Shown here one piece after another: positions 20,070 through 29,556 of a stretch of DNA of 64,000 bases. Positions within the stretch are counted from its first letter, which is position 1. Each line of letters begins with the position of its first letter. The DNA comes from Candidatus Marinacidobacterium sp. Lineage in GTDB: Bacteria > Acidobacteriota > Vicinamibacteria > Marinacidobacterales > Marinacidobacteraceae. The notes beneath the pieces are model-generated. The model was given only the letters and a program-made list of their open reading frames with translations. It made no database searches and was not told where the DNA came from. The DNA lies in the NCBI GenBank assembly GCA_965204755.1, contig OZ242011.1, positions 448,001 through 512,000 on the forward strand, read 5' to 3'. The position numbers and the translations under genes were made by a program.

Positions 20070-20687
20070 CTACGAAGCCGGCGGGAGCGAGTCCAGCGAT
20101 CCCCGAATCGCGCGCGGGGTCGGCCCGGTGAGGTCGAGGATGACCGAGGGAGCGCCCCCCGGGGTCGTCCCCCCGTCGAGCACCGGGATCGGGGATCCCT
20201 CCGGGACGGCGGGCGCCAGCCCGGCGGCCGCTTCGGCGGCGGTTCGCGCCGGGGGTTCGCCGCTGCGGTTCGCGCTGGTGGAGATGACGGGGTGGCCGAT
20301 CCCGGCGGCGAGGGCGCGGGCCAGCGGATGGGCGCTCACCCGCACCGCCGCCGACCCGGCGCCGCCCCGGAGCGGCAGCACCAGGGTGAGCGGCCCCGGC
20401 CAGTAGCGGCGGGCCAGCGCCTCCGCCGCCGGGGGGAACTCGCACGCCGCCGCCGCCTGCTCCCGGTCGGCGGCGATCCAGGGGAGCGGCTTCCCGGGGT
20501 CGCGCGCCTTGAGCCGGAACACGAGCGAGCGGCCGCGCTCCGACCGGGGGTCCGCGCCCAGCGCGTAGAAGGTCTCGGTGGGATAGACGGCGGCGCCGCC
20601 GGCGAGGAGCGCGGCGCAGGCCGCCTTGAGCGCCGCGCTCCGGGCGGCCTCGTCCCCGCAGGGGAGGATCCGGAGGCCGGGGCTCAC
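20070..20687 (-). CDS. tsaC: L-threonylcarbamoyladenylate synthase (TsaC/Sua5)
   Basis: YPTETFYAL, K.R...KPL, YWPGPLT, STSANRSG. GTG start overlaps the xerD stop. Confidence 0.9.
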   Translation of the reverse strand: MSPGLRILPCGDEAARSAALKAACAALLAGGAAVYPTETFYALGADPRSERGRSLVFRLKARDPGKPLPWIAADREQAAAACEFPPAAEALARRYWPGPLTLVLPLRGGAGSAAVRVSAHPLARALAAGIGHPVISTSANRSGEPPARTAAEAAAGLAPAVPEGSPIPVLDGGTTPGGAPSVILDLTGPTPRAIRGSLDSLPPAS

Positions 20688-21634
20688 GAGCCGTCCCGCT
20701 TGGCGCGGGGGTGGTGGTCGTCGTAGATCTGGCGCAGCCGCTCCTCGGAGACATGGGTGTAGATCTGCGTCGTGGTAACCGAGGCGTGGCCGAGCAGTTG
20801 CTGGAGGCTCCGGAGGTCGGCGCCCCGTTCGAGCAAGTGGGTGGCGAAGGAGTGGCGGAGCACATGCGGGGAGAGGGGCCGCCGGATCCCGGCGACGGCC
20901 TGGTACTCCCGCACGATCTGCCAGAAGCGGATCCGGCTCATCGCCCGGCCGCGGGCGGTCACGAAGACGACCGGCGCCGCGCCGCGGCCCTTGAGGAGGG
21001 CCGGCCGGCCCTCCGCCAGCCACTCCCGAAGCCGCGCGCCGGCGGTCTCCCCGAAGGGGACGATCCGCTCCCGGTCCCCCTTCCCCACGATGTCGAGATA
21101 GCCGGGCGCGCCGACTTCGCCGAGCACCACGCCGGAGAGCGGCAGCCCCACCAGTTCGCTCACCCGGAGACCGGTGGCGTAGAGGAGTTCCAGCATCGTC
21201 CGGTCGCGGACGCCGCGCGGCGAGCCGTCGGGCGCGGCGAGCAGGCGCTCCACTTCGTCGAGCGAGAGGTAGCGCGGCAGCGCGGCGAGCGTCCGGGTCG
21301 GGGCGATCTCCCGCGACGGGTCGCGCTCGATGAGTCCTTCCTCCACGAGGAAGCCGTAGAAGCCGCGGACGGCGGAGACCGCGCGGCGGATGGAGCGGAA
21401 GTCGAGGCCGCGGTGGTGGAGGAACGAGACGAACTCCCGCAGGTCTTCGGCTTCGAGCGCCGGCAGGGCCCGGTCGCCGGCGAACTCCGCGAGTTTCGCC
21501 AGGTCGCGGCGGTAGGCGGCGAGCGTGTTCCGGGAGAGCCCCCGCTCCACCGCCAGGTGGTCGAAGTAGGGGCCGTACTGCGGAGGGGCGGCCTTCGCCG
21601 GGTCGGGCTTGCCCGAGGCGCGGCGGCTCGGCAC
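20684..21634 (-). CDS. xerD: Site-specific tyrosine recombinase XerD
   Basis: ERGLSRNTL.AY, RDRTMLELLYATGLRVSEL, SPHVLRHSFATHLL, LGH..TTQIYTHV. Start approximate. Confidence 0.88.
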   Translation of the reverse strand: MPSRRASGKPDPAKAAPPQYGPYFDHLAVERGLSRNTLAAYRRDLAKLAEFAGDRALPALEAEDLREFVSFLHHRGLDFRSIRRAVSAVRGFYGFLVEEGLIERDPSREIAPTRTLAALPRYLSLDEVERLLAAPDGSPRGVRDRTMLELLYATGLRVSELVGLPLSGVVLGEVGAPGYLDIVGKGDRERIVPFGETAGARLREWLAEGRPALLKGRGAAPVVFVTARGRAMSRIRFWQIVREYQAVAGIRRPLSPHVLRHSFATHLLERGADLRSLQQLLGHASVTTTQIYTHVSEERLRQIYDDHHPRAKRDGS

Positions 21635-21645
21635 GGGGGGCGGCG

Positions 21646-23376
21646 TCAGGGCGCGGGCCCGGCCCCGGCGGAACCGGTTCCCGGCGGACGGCGGCGAAGG
21701 ACCTGGAGCAGGCGGCGGAGGAGGGGGGCGGCCGCTTCCCGGATCGGCCCGTAGTCGGCCGGCGCGAGCCGCCGGGCCGCGAGGGAGAACGCGCCGAGCC
21801 CGATCCCGACGGCGGCCGCGACGGCAACGAGGTCGGGAAGCGTCCCCGGCCCCGCCCCGGAGCGGATCGCCCACGAGACGGCGGCCGCCGCCCCTCCGGT
21901 GACGAGCGCCACCGGGCCCGCGCGGAGCGCCGCTCCCGCGAGGTCGAGGTACGCGGCGCGGGCCCGCGAGCGGCCGAGTCCGTCCCGCCCGAGCCGGGGC
22001 GCGAGCAGGACCGCCTGCGCCAGCAGGGAGAAGTAGGACACGGAGACCACGGCCAGCGGTAGCCCGACTTGGCCCAGGTCGGCGGTGACCACGAAGGCCC
22101 GGGTCAGCAGGTAGGTGACCCCGGTGCCGACCACCGCCACCAGCAGCGGCGGGCGGGTGGAGCCGAGGGCGAAGAAGGCGTCGGTGAGGATCTTGGCGGT
22201 CCCGAACGCCGGGAGACCGAGGGCGAAGACCGAGAGGAGGAGGGTCACCTGGGCGGCGTCCTCCGGGGTGAACGCGCCCCGGCGGTAGATGAGCGAGACC
22301 AGCGGTTCGGCGACGGCGGTGAGCCCCGCGGCCGCGCTCAGTCCGAGCAGGATCGTCAGCCGGCCGGCGCGGGTGAGGACGCGGGCGAAACCCTCCGGGT
22401 CGCCGCGTCCGGCGGCGCGGGTGAGCGAGGGGAGTCCGGCGTTCGAGAGCGCGACGCCGATCAGGCCGGACGGCAACTGCGCCAGCCGGTACGCCATGGA
22501 GAACCAGGAGAGCCAGGAGGTCCCGATGGAGGCGAAGTGCCGCGAGATCAGCACATTGATCTGGAGCGTCCCGGCGGCGCCGGCGGCGGGGGCGAACAGC
22601 CGGGCCACCCGGCGGAACGCCGGGTCGCGGAGGGTGGCCCGGAGGCCGCCGGCCGGGGTGCGCCGGTAGCCGGCGCGGCGGAGCCCGACCGCCTGGGCCG
22701 CGAGTTGCGCCAGCCCGCCGACCGGGACGCCGACCGCCAGCCCGGCCATCGGGTGGAGGCCGAGCGCCTCCGCGGAGAAGTAGCCGGCGACCGCGAACAC
22801 GATCGTCGCCACATTGAAGAGCGAGGACGCGAGGCCGGTGAGGAAGAAGCGGTGCCGGGCGTGGAGCGCGCCCAGGTAGAGGGCGGCGAGCGCGGCGAAG
22901 AAGATGAACGGGAACATCAGCCGGGTCAGCCAGACGGTGAGTTCCCTCCCGGTGGCGAACCGGCCGCCGAGCGCCTCCGGCAGCGGCGCCCGGAACGCTT
23001 CGCGCGAGAACACGAAGTCCACCAGGGCCGGCGCGAAGACCACGCCCAGGACGGTGACCAGCAACGCCGCCAGGAAAAGCGCCCGGAAGACGCGGGTGAA
23101 GAGCCGGTGGGCGGCCTCGCGCCCTTCGCCGGCGTCCACCGCGGCGAAGGTGGCGATGAAGGCCTTGGAGAGCGCTCCCTCGCCGAGCATCTCCCGGAGG
23201 GTGCTCGGGAAGGTGTAGGCGGCGAAGAAGGCGTCGAGCAGCGCCGTGGGGAAGAGGTAGGCGAGCACCTGCTCGCGGAGGAGGCCGCTGATCCGGGAGA
23301 CCACCACGCCGAGACTGACCGCCCCGGCGCGGCGGGTCAGTTGGCGCTCGTCCCGGGCGGCGCTGGATTCGGACAT
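21646..23376 (-). CDS. murJ: Lipid II flippase MurJ (MviN)
   Basis: SRISGLLRE, EGAL, RLAQLP and multiple transmembrane segments. Confidence 0.9.
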   Translation of the reverse strand: MSESSAARDERQLTRRAGAVSLGVVVSRISGLLREQVLAYLFPTALLDAFFAAYTFPSTLREMLGEGALSKAFIATFAAVDAGEGREAAHRLFTRVFRALFLAALLVTVLGVVFAPALVDFVFSREAFRAPLPEALGGRFATGRELTVWLTRLMFPFIFFAALAALYLGALHARHRFFLTGLASSLFNVATIVFAVAGYFSAEALGLHPMAGLAVGVPVGGLAQLAAQAVGLRRAGYRRTPAGGLRATLRDPAFRRVARLFAPAAGAAGTLQINVLISRHFASIGTSWLSWFSMAYRLAQLPSGLIGVALSNAGLPSLTRAAGRGDPEGFARVLTRAGRLTILLGLSAAAGLTAVAEPLVSLIYRRGAFTPEDAAQVTLLLSVFALGLPAFGTAKILTDAFFALGSTRPPLLVAVVGTGVTYLLTRAFVVTADLGQVGLPLAVVSVSYFSLLAQAVLLAPRLGRDGLGRSRARAAYLDLAGAALRAGPVALVTGGAAAAVSWAIRSGAGPGTLPDLVAVAAAVGIGLGAFSLAARRLAPADYGPIREAAAPLLRRLLQVLRRRPPGTGSAGAGPAP

Positions 23377-23716
23377 CGGGTTCCGGCGCCGGGCCCGGAG
23401 CGCGCCGTTCGGGCCCCCCGGACGGCGCCGGAAGGGATGGTACGCCGGGTTCGCCGCGCGTTTCGGGCGGTCGAGCGACCGCTGCGGAGACTCCGGGGAA
23501 GAGTCGGGGGGCCGCCGGGTACGGGAAAACGGCCGGCCCGTCGGGGCGCGTTGCCCGACGGAACCGGCCGAGGGAGGGGGCGTCGGCCCGCGTCCGACCG
23601 ATCCGGCTGGAGGAACCGGACGGCCGGGCGGTCGATGGCCGACCCGCATCGAGACCGGGCCGGCCCCGGCGCGGGAGACGCGGCGAGCGCCTTCCCGCGG
23701 GCCGGAGGGAAGTCGG

Positions 23717-24277
23717 TCAGTGCACGGTGACTTCGATCTGCCGCGGCAGCGCCTTCTCCGCCTTCGGGAGCGTGATGGTGAGCACCCCGTCCCGGGACTC
23801 GGCGCGGATCGCGGAGACCTCCACGGTCTCCGATACCCGGAAACTCCGGCGGAACCGCCCGAGCGCCCGCTCGCGATGCGTCCACCGGCCCCGGCCGTTC
23901 TCCGCGACCTTCTCCACGACCGGCGCGGCGCCGCCATCGTCCGAGCCGCCCTCGGCGGCCGTGGAGTTCCCGTTCGAGGGGCTCCCGTTCGCGGGCCGGC
24001 CGCGGTTCCCTTCGAGGGTCAGCGTTCCGGAGTCGAACCGGATCGCGATCTCCTCGCGCGGAACGCCGGGCAGATCCGCTTCGATCACCACCGCGGCGCC
24101 GGTGTCGCGGACATCCACGCGGGGGCTCCAGGAGGGCCGGGCCCCGTCGCGGCCGAGGTCGGGCGGGAGGCCGCCGCCGTCGGCGAGCAGCGGCCCGAAG
24201 ACCCCGTCTCCGGGGAACGAGCCGTCGAACAGCCGCCGGAACGCGCCGGCGGGGTGGAAGAGAGTGAGGTTGGTCAT
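23717..24277 (-). CDS. Hsp20/alpha-crystallin small heat-shock protein
   Basis: PRVDV, ADLPGV, ER..G.F.RSF, DGVLTITLPK. AAGGAG RBS before the ATG at 24277. Confidence 0.92.
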   Translation of the reverse strand: MTNLTLFHPAGAFRRLFDGSFPGDGVFGPLLADGGGLPPDLGRDGARPSWSPRVDVRDTGAAVVIEADLPGVPREEIAIRFDSGTLTLEGNRGRPANGSPSNGNSTAAEGGSDDGGAAPVVEKVAENGRGRWTHRERALGRFRRSFRVSETVEVSAIRAESRDGVLTITLPKAEKALPRQIEVTVH

Positions 24278-24294
24278 GAGTGTCTCCTTCATGA

Positions 24295-25767
<1,473 letters not shown>

Positions 25768-25938
25768 CCCGCCCCGCCCGGCCTCGGAACCACCGGGCGG
25801 GCGCGACGAATGGCCGGGGCCGCGAGCCGCCGCGTCCGCCCGGTCAGCCGGCGCCAAGCCGAGCGCCCGGGCAGCCCCGATTCAGGCCCCGCCGGGAAAC
25901 CCGAAGAACGGGTGAACCGCTGACCCGGCGTCCGGATC

Positions 25939-26559
25939 GTGGAAGAACGCGCCGGCCCGGTTCGGGCCCCGAACCCCGGAAGGAACTGGACCCGGGGCCT
26001 GCCGGAAGACCTGAGCGAGAAGATCGACCGTGCCGACTACGACCAGGCCCGCACCACCGTCCGCTCCATCGTCGAAAGCCCGATCTTTGACCTGTTCCGA
26101 GCCGAGCCCCGAGGGGACATGCCCGTCGGCGTGTTGGACCGGCAGGTGTGCGAATGGATCGGAGCACGGACTTTTCTCGTTCGGCTCCCTGACCGCGTCA
26201 TGCACAAACAGGACGGCCGTCACGCCAACGCAGACCTGCCGGGCCATCCGGAACTCACCATGGACGACTATCGGCGCCTCCCGGCGCTCGTCGAACGCCC
26301 CGACTTCGTCTTCCGCGCCGAACCGCGTCGCTCGACCGGGATTGGCACGCTCGACCGCCGACTGAACTTGGTCCGCCAGGTTGACGGCCGGATCTACCAC
26401 CTCGTCGTCGAACGGCGGGCGACGGATCGGAGCGTGGAAGTCGTCAGCCTCCACCGAATCAAGGCCCCGAGAGTGAGGGCGAGGCTCGAACGAGCCGAAG
26501 TATTCCGACCTGTGGACTGGAAGAATTGGGACTGGAAGAACTGGGACTGGAAGGGATGA
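25939..26559 (+). CDS. Hypothetical protein, putative BECR-fold (PBECR2-like) RNase toxin domain
   Basis: KQ..(R)H...HPELT.DDY..LP followed by a beta-strand run (LNLVRQVDGRIYHLVVE...VEVVSLHR), recalling PBECR domains of MuF-type polymorphic toxins. Recognised from memory only. Confidence 0.5.
   Translation: MEERAGPVRAPNPGRNWTRGLPEDLSEKIDRADYDQARTTVRSIVESPIFDLFRAEPRGDMPVGVLDRQVCEWIGARTFLVRLPDRVMHKQDGRHANADLPGHPELTMDDYRRLPALVERPDFVFRAEPRRSTGIGTLDRRLNLVRQVDGRIYHLVVERRATDRSVEVVSLHRIKAPRVRARLERAEVFRPVDWKNWDWKNWDWKG
26512..26556 (+). repeat. 15-bp tandem repeat encoding (W)DWKN x~3 at the C-terminus
   Basis: gtggactggaagaat tgggactggaagaac tgggactggaaggga. Confidence 0.85.
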
Positions 26560-26560
26560 G

Positions 26561-26714
26561 GCGGGACTGCGCCTGGTAGTCCCATGGGGCCGCCCGACGA
26601 GCACCGCGCTAACGCTCGCCGCTCGGAAGAACCGAGTCCTTTTGTCGGGTTGCCAGGCACCCCTCACCGCATCAGCGTATGCGTAGAGGCGACGGCCCTT
26701 GGGCGGATGCTAGC
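26561..26714 (+). ncRNA. Candidate structured ncRNA, copy 1 (hairpin, multibranch junction, pseudoknot)
   Basis: Begins 2 nt after the ORF stop. Pairings GGGACT/AGTCCC, GGGCCG/CGGCCC, CCCGAC/GTCGGG, CTCGG/CCGAG, CCTC/GAGG; loop GCCTGG complements CCAGGC. Duplicated 203 bp downstream. Confidence 0.55.
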
Positions 26715-26815
26715 ACGGGATCTGGTTGGCGGCGGGGCCGTAGCGAAACCGGAAGAGACGACAGCGGGACTGCGCCTGGTAGTCCCGCGGGGCCGCCCGA
26801 CGAGCACCGCGCTAA

Positions 26816-28776
26816 CCGGAAGTTCCAAGGGGCAAGAGGCCAGAAGTCCAAGAAGGGACGGGGGATCCGGGAAGCGGGGGGTGTTCGGTTCTGGCTACGC
26901 GGAGGCGGGAAGGCGGAGCAGGTCGAAGGCCTTTGCCTGGAGCCGGGTGGGGTTCGCGCGCATCTGGAAGGTGGCGTTCCGGCTGGGGGCGCGGACGGTG
27001 TTGAGGGTGAGGGTCCCGAGGTGCTGGATCAGCGTCGGGAAGTCGTGCAGCGGCAGCCCCTCCGGGGTGCGGCGGGCGGCGACCTTGGCCTTGGCCGCCG
27101 GGGAGCGCTGCGCGGGCTGGACCGGGGAGGGGCGCTCGCGCTCGGCGGCCTCCCGGTCGTGGTCCTGGAACAGGACGGGGGCGAGCGCCTGGCGCATGTG
27201 CCATTCCAGGTAGTAGGCGAGCATGCACAGGAAGATGTGGGAACGGACCCGGTCGGGGCGGCGGTGGTGGATGGGGCGGACCTGGAGGTCGAGGGACTTC
27301 ATGCTGCGGAAGGCGGTCTCCACCGAGGCGAGGGACTTGTAGGCGCGGACGGTCTGTTCGGTGGAGAGGAGGTCGGGTTCGGCGTTGGTGCGGAGGATGT
27401 AGAAGCCGTCGAGGGCCCGTTCCCGGGCGATGGCGTCTTCGTTCCGGCGAAAGGCGAAGGAGTCGTCGGTGATCTCGGTGAGGAAGTGCTTTTCGACCTT
27501 GAAGCGGCCGATGAGGGCGCCGACGCGCTTTCCGATGCGGGCGGCGCCGCGCAGCGGGCGGCGCTCGCGCCGGGTGGCGGCGGCGATGGCCTCCAGCCGC
27601 TTCTCGGTGGCGGCGAGCAGGTCTTCGCGCTTGCGGCGGCGCTCCTCGGCGAGCCGGGGGTTGAAGCAGACCACCAGGCGCTCCCCGGGGTAGCGGTCGG
27701 AGGAGATCTCGGCCAGGTCCCGCCGGTCGAACAGGGTGGGGTTCACCGCGCCGGCTTCGACCAGGGCGCGGATGTCGGCGGAGCGCAGCGCGGTGACCCA
27801 GCGGAAGCCCTCCTCCGGGCTCAGGTCCTCGCGGATGCGCCGGGCGGTGAGCATCCCCCGGTCGCCGACCAGGACCAGTTGGCGGAGGCCGAAGCGGTCG
27901 CGGAGTTTGGCCACCTGGGCGGCCACCGTCCCGGGGTCGGCGGTGTTGCCGGGGAAGACCTCGACGGCGACCGGGCAGCCCTCCTTGGAGCAGAGCAGGC
28001 CGAAGACGATCTGCAGGGTGTTGCGCTTGCGGTCGCGGCTGTAGCCGCGCCGGGCCAGCGGGCAGCGTCGGCCCTCGAAGTAGGTGGAGGTGAGGTCGTA
28101 GAGGATGAGGGTGTTGTCGCGGAGGTGGCGGGCGGCCAGCCGGGTCTCGACGGCCTGCTGGCGGGCGCCGAGCCAGTCGAGGGCGGCGTAGAGCTCGTTC
28201 TCCTCGACTTCCCCGAGATCGAGGAGGGCGCCGAGGGAGGTGGAGGCGGTCTCCGGGGCGAGGGTCCGGGCGGTGGCGAGTTTGGAGCGGGGGGCGAGGA
28301 GTCGGGCGGCGATGAGGGCGAGGGCGAGGTCGCGGGGGCGGGAGCGGCGGCGGTCGAGGAGGGCGGGCAGTCCGAGGCGCTTGAGGGTTCCGAGGGCGGC
28401 GGCGGCGTGGCCGTGGGGGAGGGCGCGGAGGATCTGGAAGGCGTCCCCGGGTTCGACGAGGTTCCGGCCCTCGAGGCTGAGGCGGACGGCCTCCACGGCG
28501 TCGGGTTTCGCGCGGTGGAGGGGGGTGAGGTTGGCGAGGGTTCGCTTGCGGACTTTCCCGTTTTCGCGGAAGGACTCGCGGAGGAGGACGGTGGGCGGGG
28601 AGTTCCGGTTGGGGACGAACTCGACATACATGGGCCGTATTGTAGTGATAAACCATTCAGATATCAACATCAACTATCAGGAGATGGCATATATACATGG
28701 CTACACCGTTGACTCGATCCTGCCGCAACGATCCGTAGGTCAACGACTTATCTCGAAACCCGGCTGGAACTTCCGG
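26816..28776 (-). mobile_element. IS1634-family insertion sequence
   Basis: Terminal inverted repeats CCGGAAGTTCCA / TGGAACTTCCGG; CTAA duplicated at 26812-26815 and 28777-28780; single transposase ORF. Confidence 0.92.
26895..28631 (-). CDS. IS1634-family DDE transposase
   Basis: LLRESFRENGKVRKRTLANL, YDLTSTYFEG, RGYSRD, GDRGM, VETAFR..K, RVRSHIFLCMLAY. Confidence 0.92.
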   Translation of the reverse strand: MYVEFVPNRNSPPTVLLRESFRENGKVRKRTLANLTPLHRAKPDAVEAVRLSLEGRNLVEPGDAFQILRALPHGHAAAALGTLKRLGLPALLDRRRSRPRDLALALIAARLLAPRSKLATARTLAPETASTSLGALLDLGEVEENELYAALDWLGARQQAVETRLAARHLRDNTLILYDLTSTYFEGRRCPLARRGYSRDRKRNTLQIVFGLLCSKEGCPVAVEVFPGNTADPGTVAAQVAKLRDRFGLRQLVLVGDRGMLTARRIREDLSPEEGFRWVTALRSADIRALVEAGAVNPTLFDRRDLAEISSDRYPGERLVVCFNPRLAEERRRKREDLLAATEKRLEAIAAATRRERRPLRGAARIGKRVGALIGRFKVEKHFLTEITDDSFAFRRNEDAIARERALDGFYILRTNAEPDLLSTEQTVRAYKSLASVETAFRSMKSLDLQVRPIHHRRPDRVRSHIFLCMLAYYLEWHMRQALAPVLFQDHDREAAERERPSPVQPAQRSPAAKAKVAARRTPEGLPLHDFPTLIQHLGTLTLNTVRAPSRNATFQMRANPTRLQAKAFDLLRLPASA

Positions 28777-28916
28777 CTAACGCTCGCCGCTCGGAAGAAC
28801 CGAGTCCTTTTTCGGGTTGCCAGGCACCCCTCACCGCATCAGCGGAAGCGTAGAGGAGGACGGCCCTTGGGCGGATAGTAGCCCGGCGTCGCGATCGGCG
28901 GCGGGCCGGCTGACGG

Positions 28917-29516
28917 TCAGGCTTCGTCGGGTTCCGGTTTCGTTTCCGCGGGGTCCTTCGCGGCGTCGGGACGGCGGAGGGCGCCGTCGACGCCGGAGTC
29001 GCGTTCCAGGACGCGGCCGTAGAGCCAGAGGAGGTCGGAGAGGCGGTTCACGAAGGCGAGGGTCTCCGGGGACGGAGCGGCGGCCTCGCCGCTCTCCGCC
29101 AGGCGGAAGAGGGCGCGTTCGGCGCGGCGGCAAGCCGTCCGGGCGAGATCGAACGCCGCCGCCGCCGTGTGGCCGCCGGGGAGCGCCCAGTCGGAGAGCA
29201 TCCCCTCGCGGGATTCGAGGCGGCGCACCTCGTCGGTGACTTCGGCGACGGCCTCCGCCGGGACGCCGCGGGCGCCGGCGGCCGGTTCGGCGGATGCCGG
29301 GGCGCCGATGGAGGCGGAGACCCCGAACAGCAGTCGCTGCAGGTCTTCGGCGCGGCGGCGGATCTCCGGCGAGGGCGCGAGGGAGCGGGCGAAGCCGATC
29401 GCGGAGACCAACTCGTCGAGGGCGCCGAGCGCTTCGACGGCGGCGGACGCCTTCGACACCCGGCGGTCGCCGAGTTGCGTCCGGCCGGTGTCCCCGAGCG
29501 TCGTGGAGATGCTCAC
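28917..29516 (-). CDS. ATP:cob(I)alamin adenosyltransferase, PduO type
   Basis: T..GD.G.T, G.LDEL, RTACRRAER, NRLSD. Confidence 0.9.
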   Translation of the reverse strand: MSISTTLGDTGRTQLGDRRVSKASAAVEALGALDELVSAIGFARSLAPSPEIRRRAEDLQRLLFGVSASIGAPASAEPAAGARGVPAEAVAEVTDEVRRLESREGMLSDWALPGGHTAAAAFDLARTACRRAERALFRLAESGEAAAPSPETLAFVNRLSDLLWLYGRVLERDSGVDGALRRPDAAKDPAETKPEPDEA

Positions 29517-29556
29517 GGCGCCCTCCGGACCGCGGAGCGCCGGCGCGAGCGGCTCG

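Larger units (their letters stand above)
26764..28882 (+). repeat. Copy 2 of the ~150-nt element, split by the IS (26764-26815 and 28777-28882)
   Basis: Joining the flanks across the CTAA duplication reconstitutes a near-identical copy of 26561-26714. Confidence 0.9.

Noticed and set aside
20684-21634. Tyrosine recombinase as a prophage or island integrase
   Set aside because: XerD-like sequence coupled to housekeeping murJ and tsaC; no att sites or phage genes.
26561-28882. Repeat pair as a CRISPR array
   Set aside because: Units are ~150 nt, there are only two copies, there is no repeat-spacer periodicity and no cas genes.
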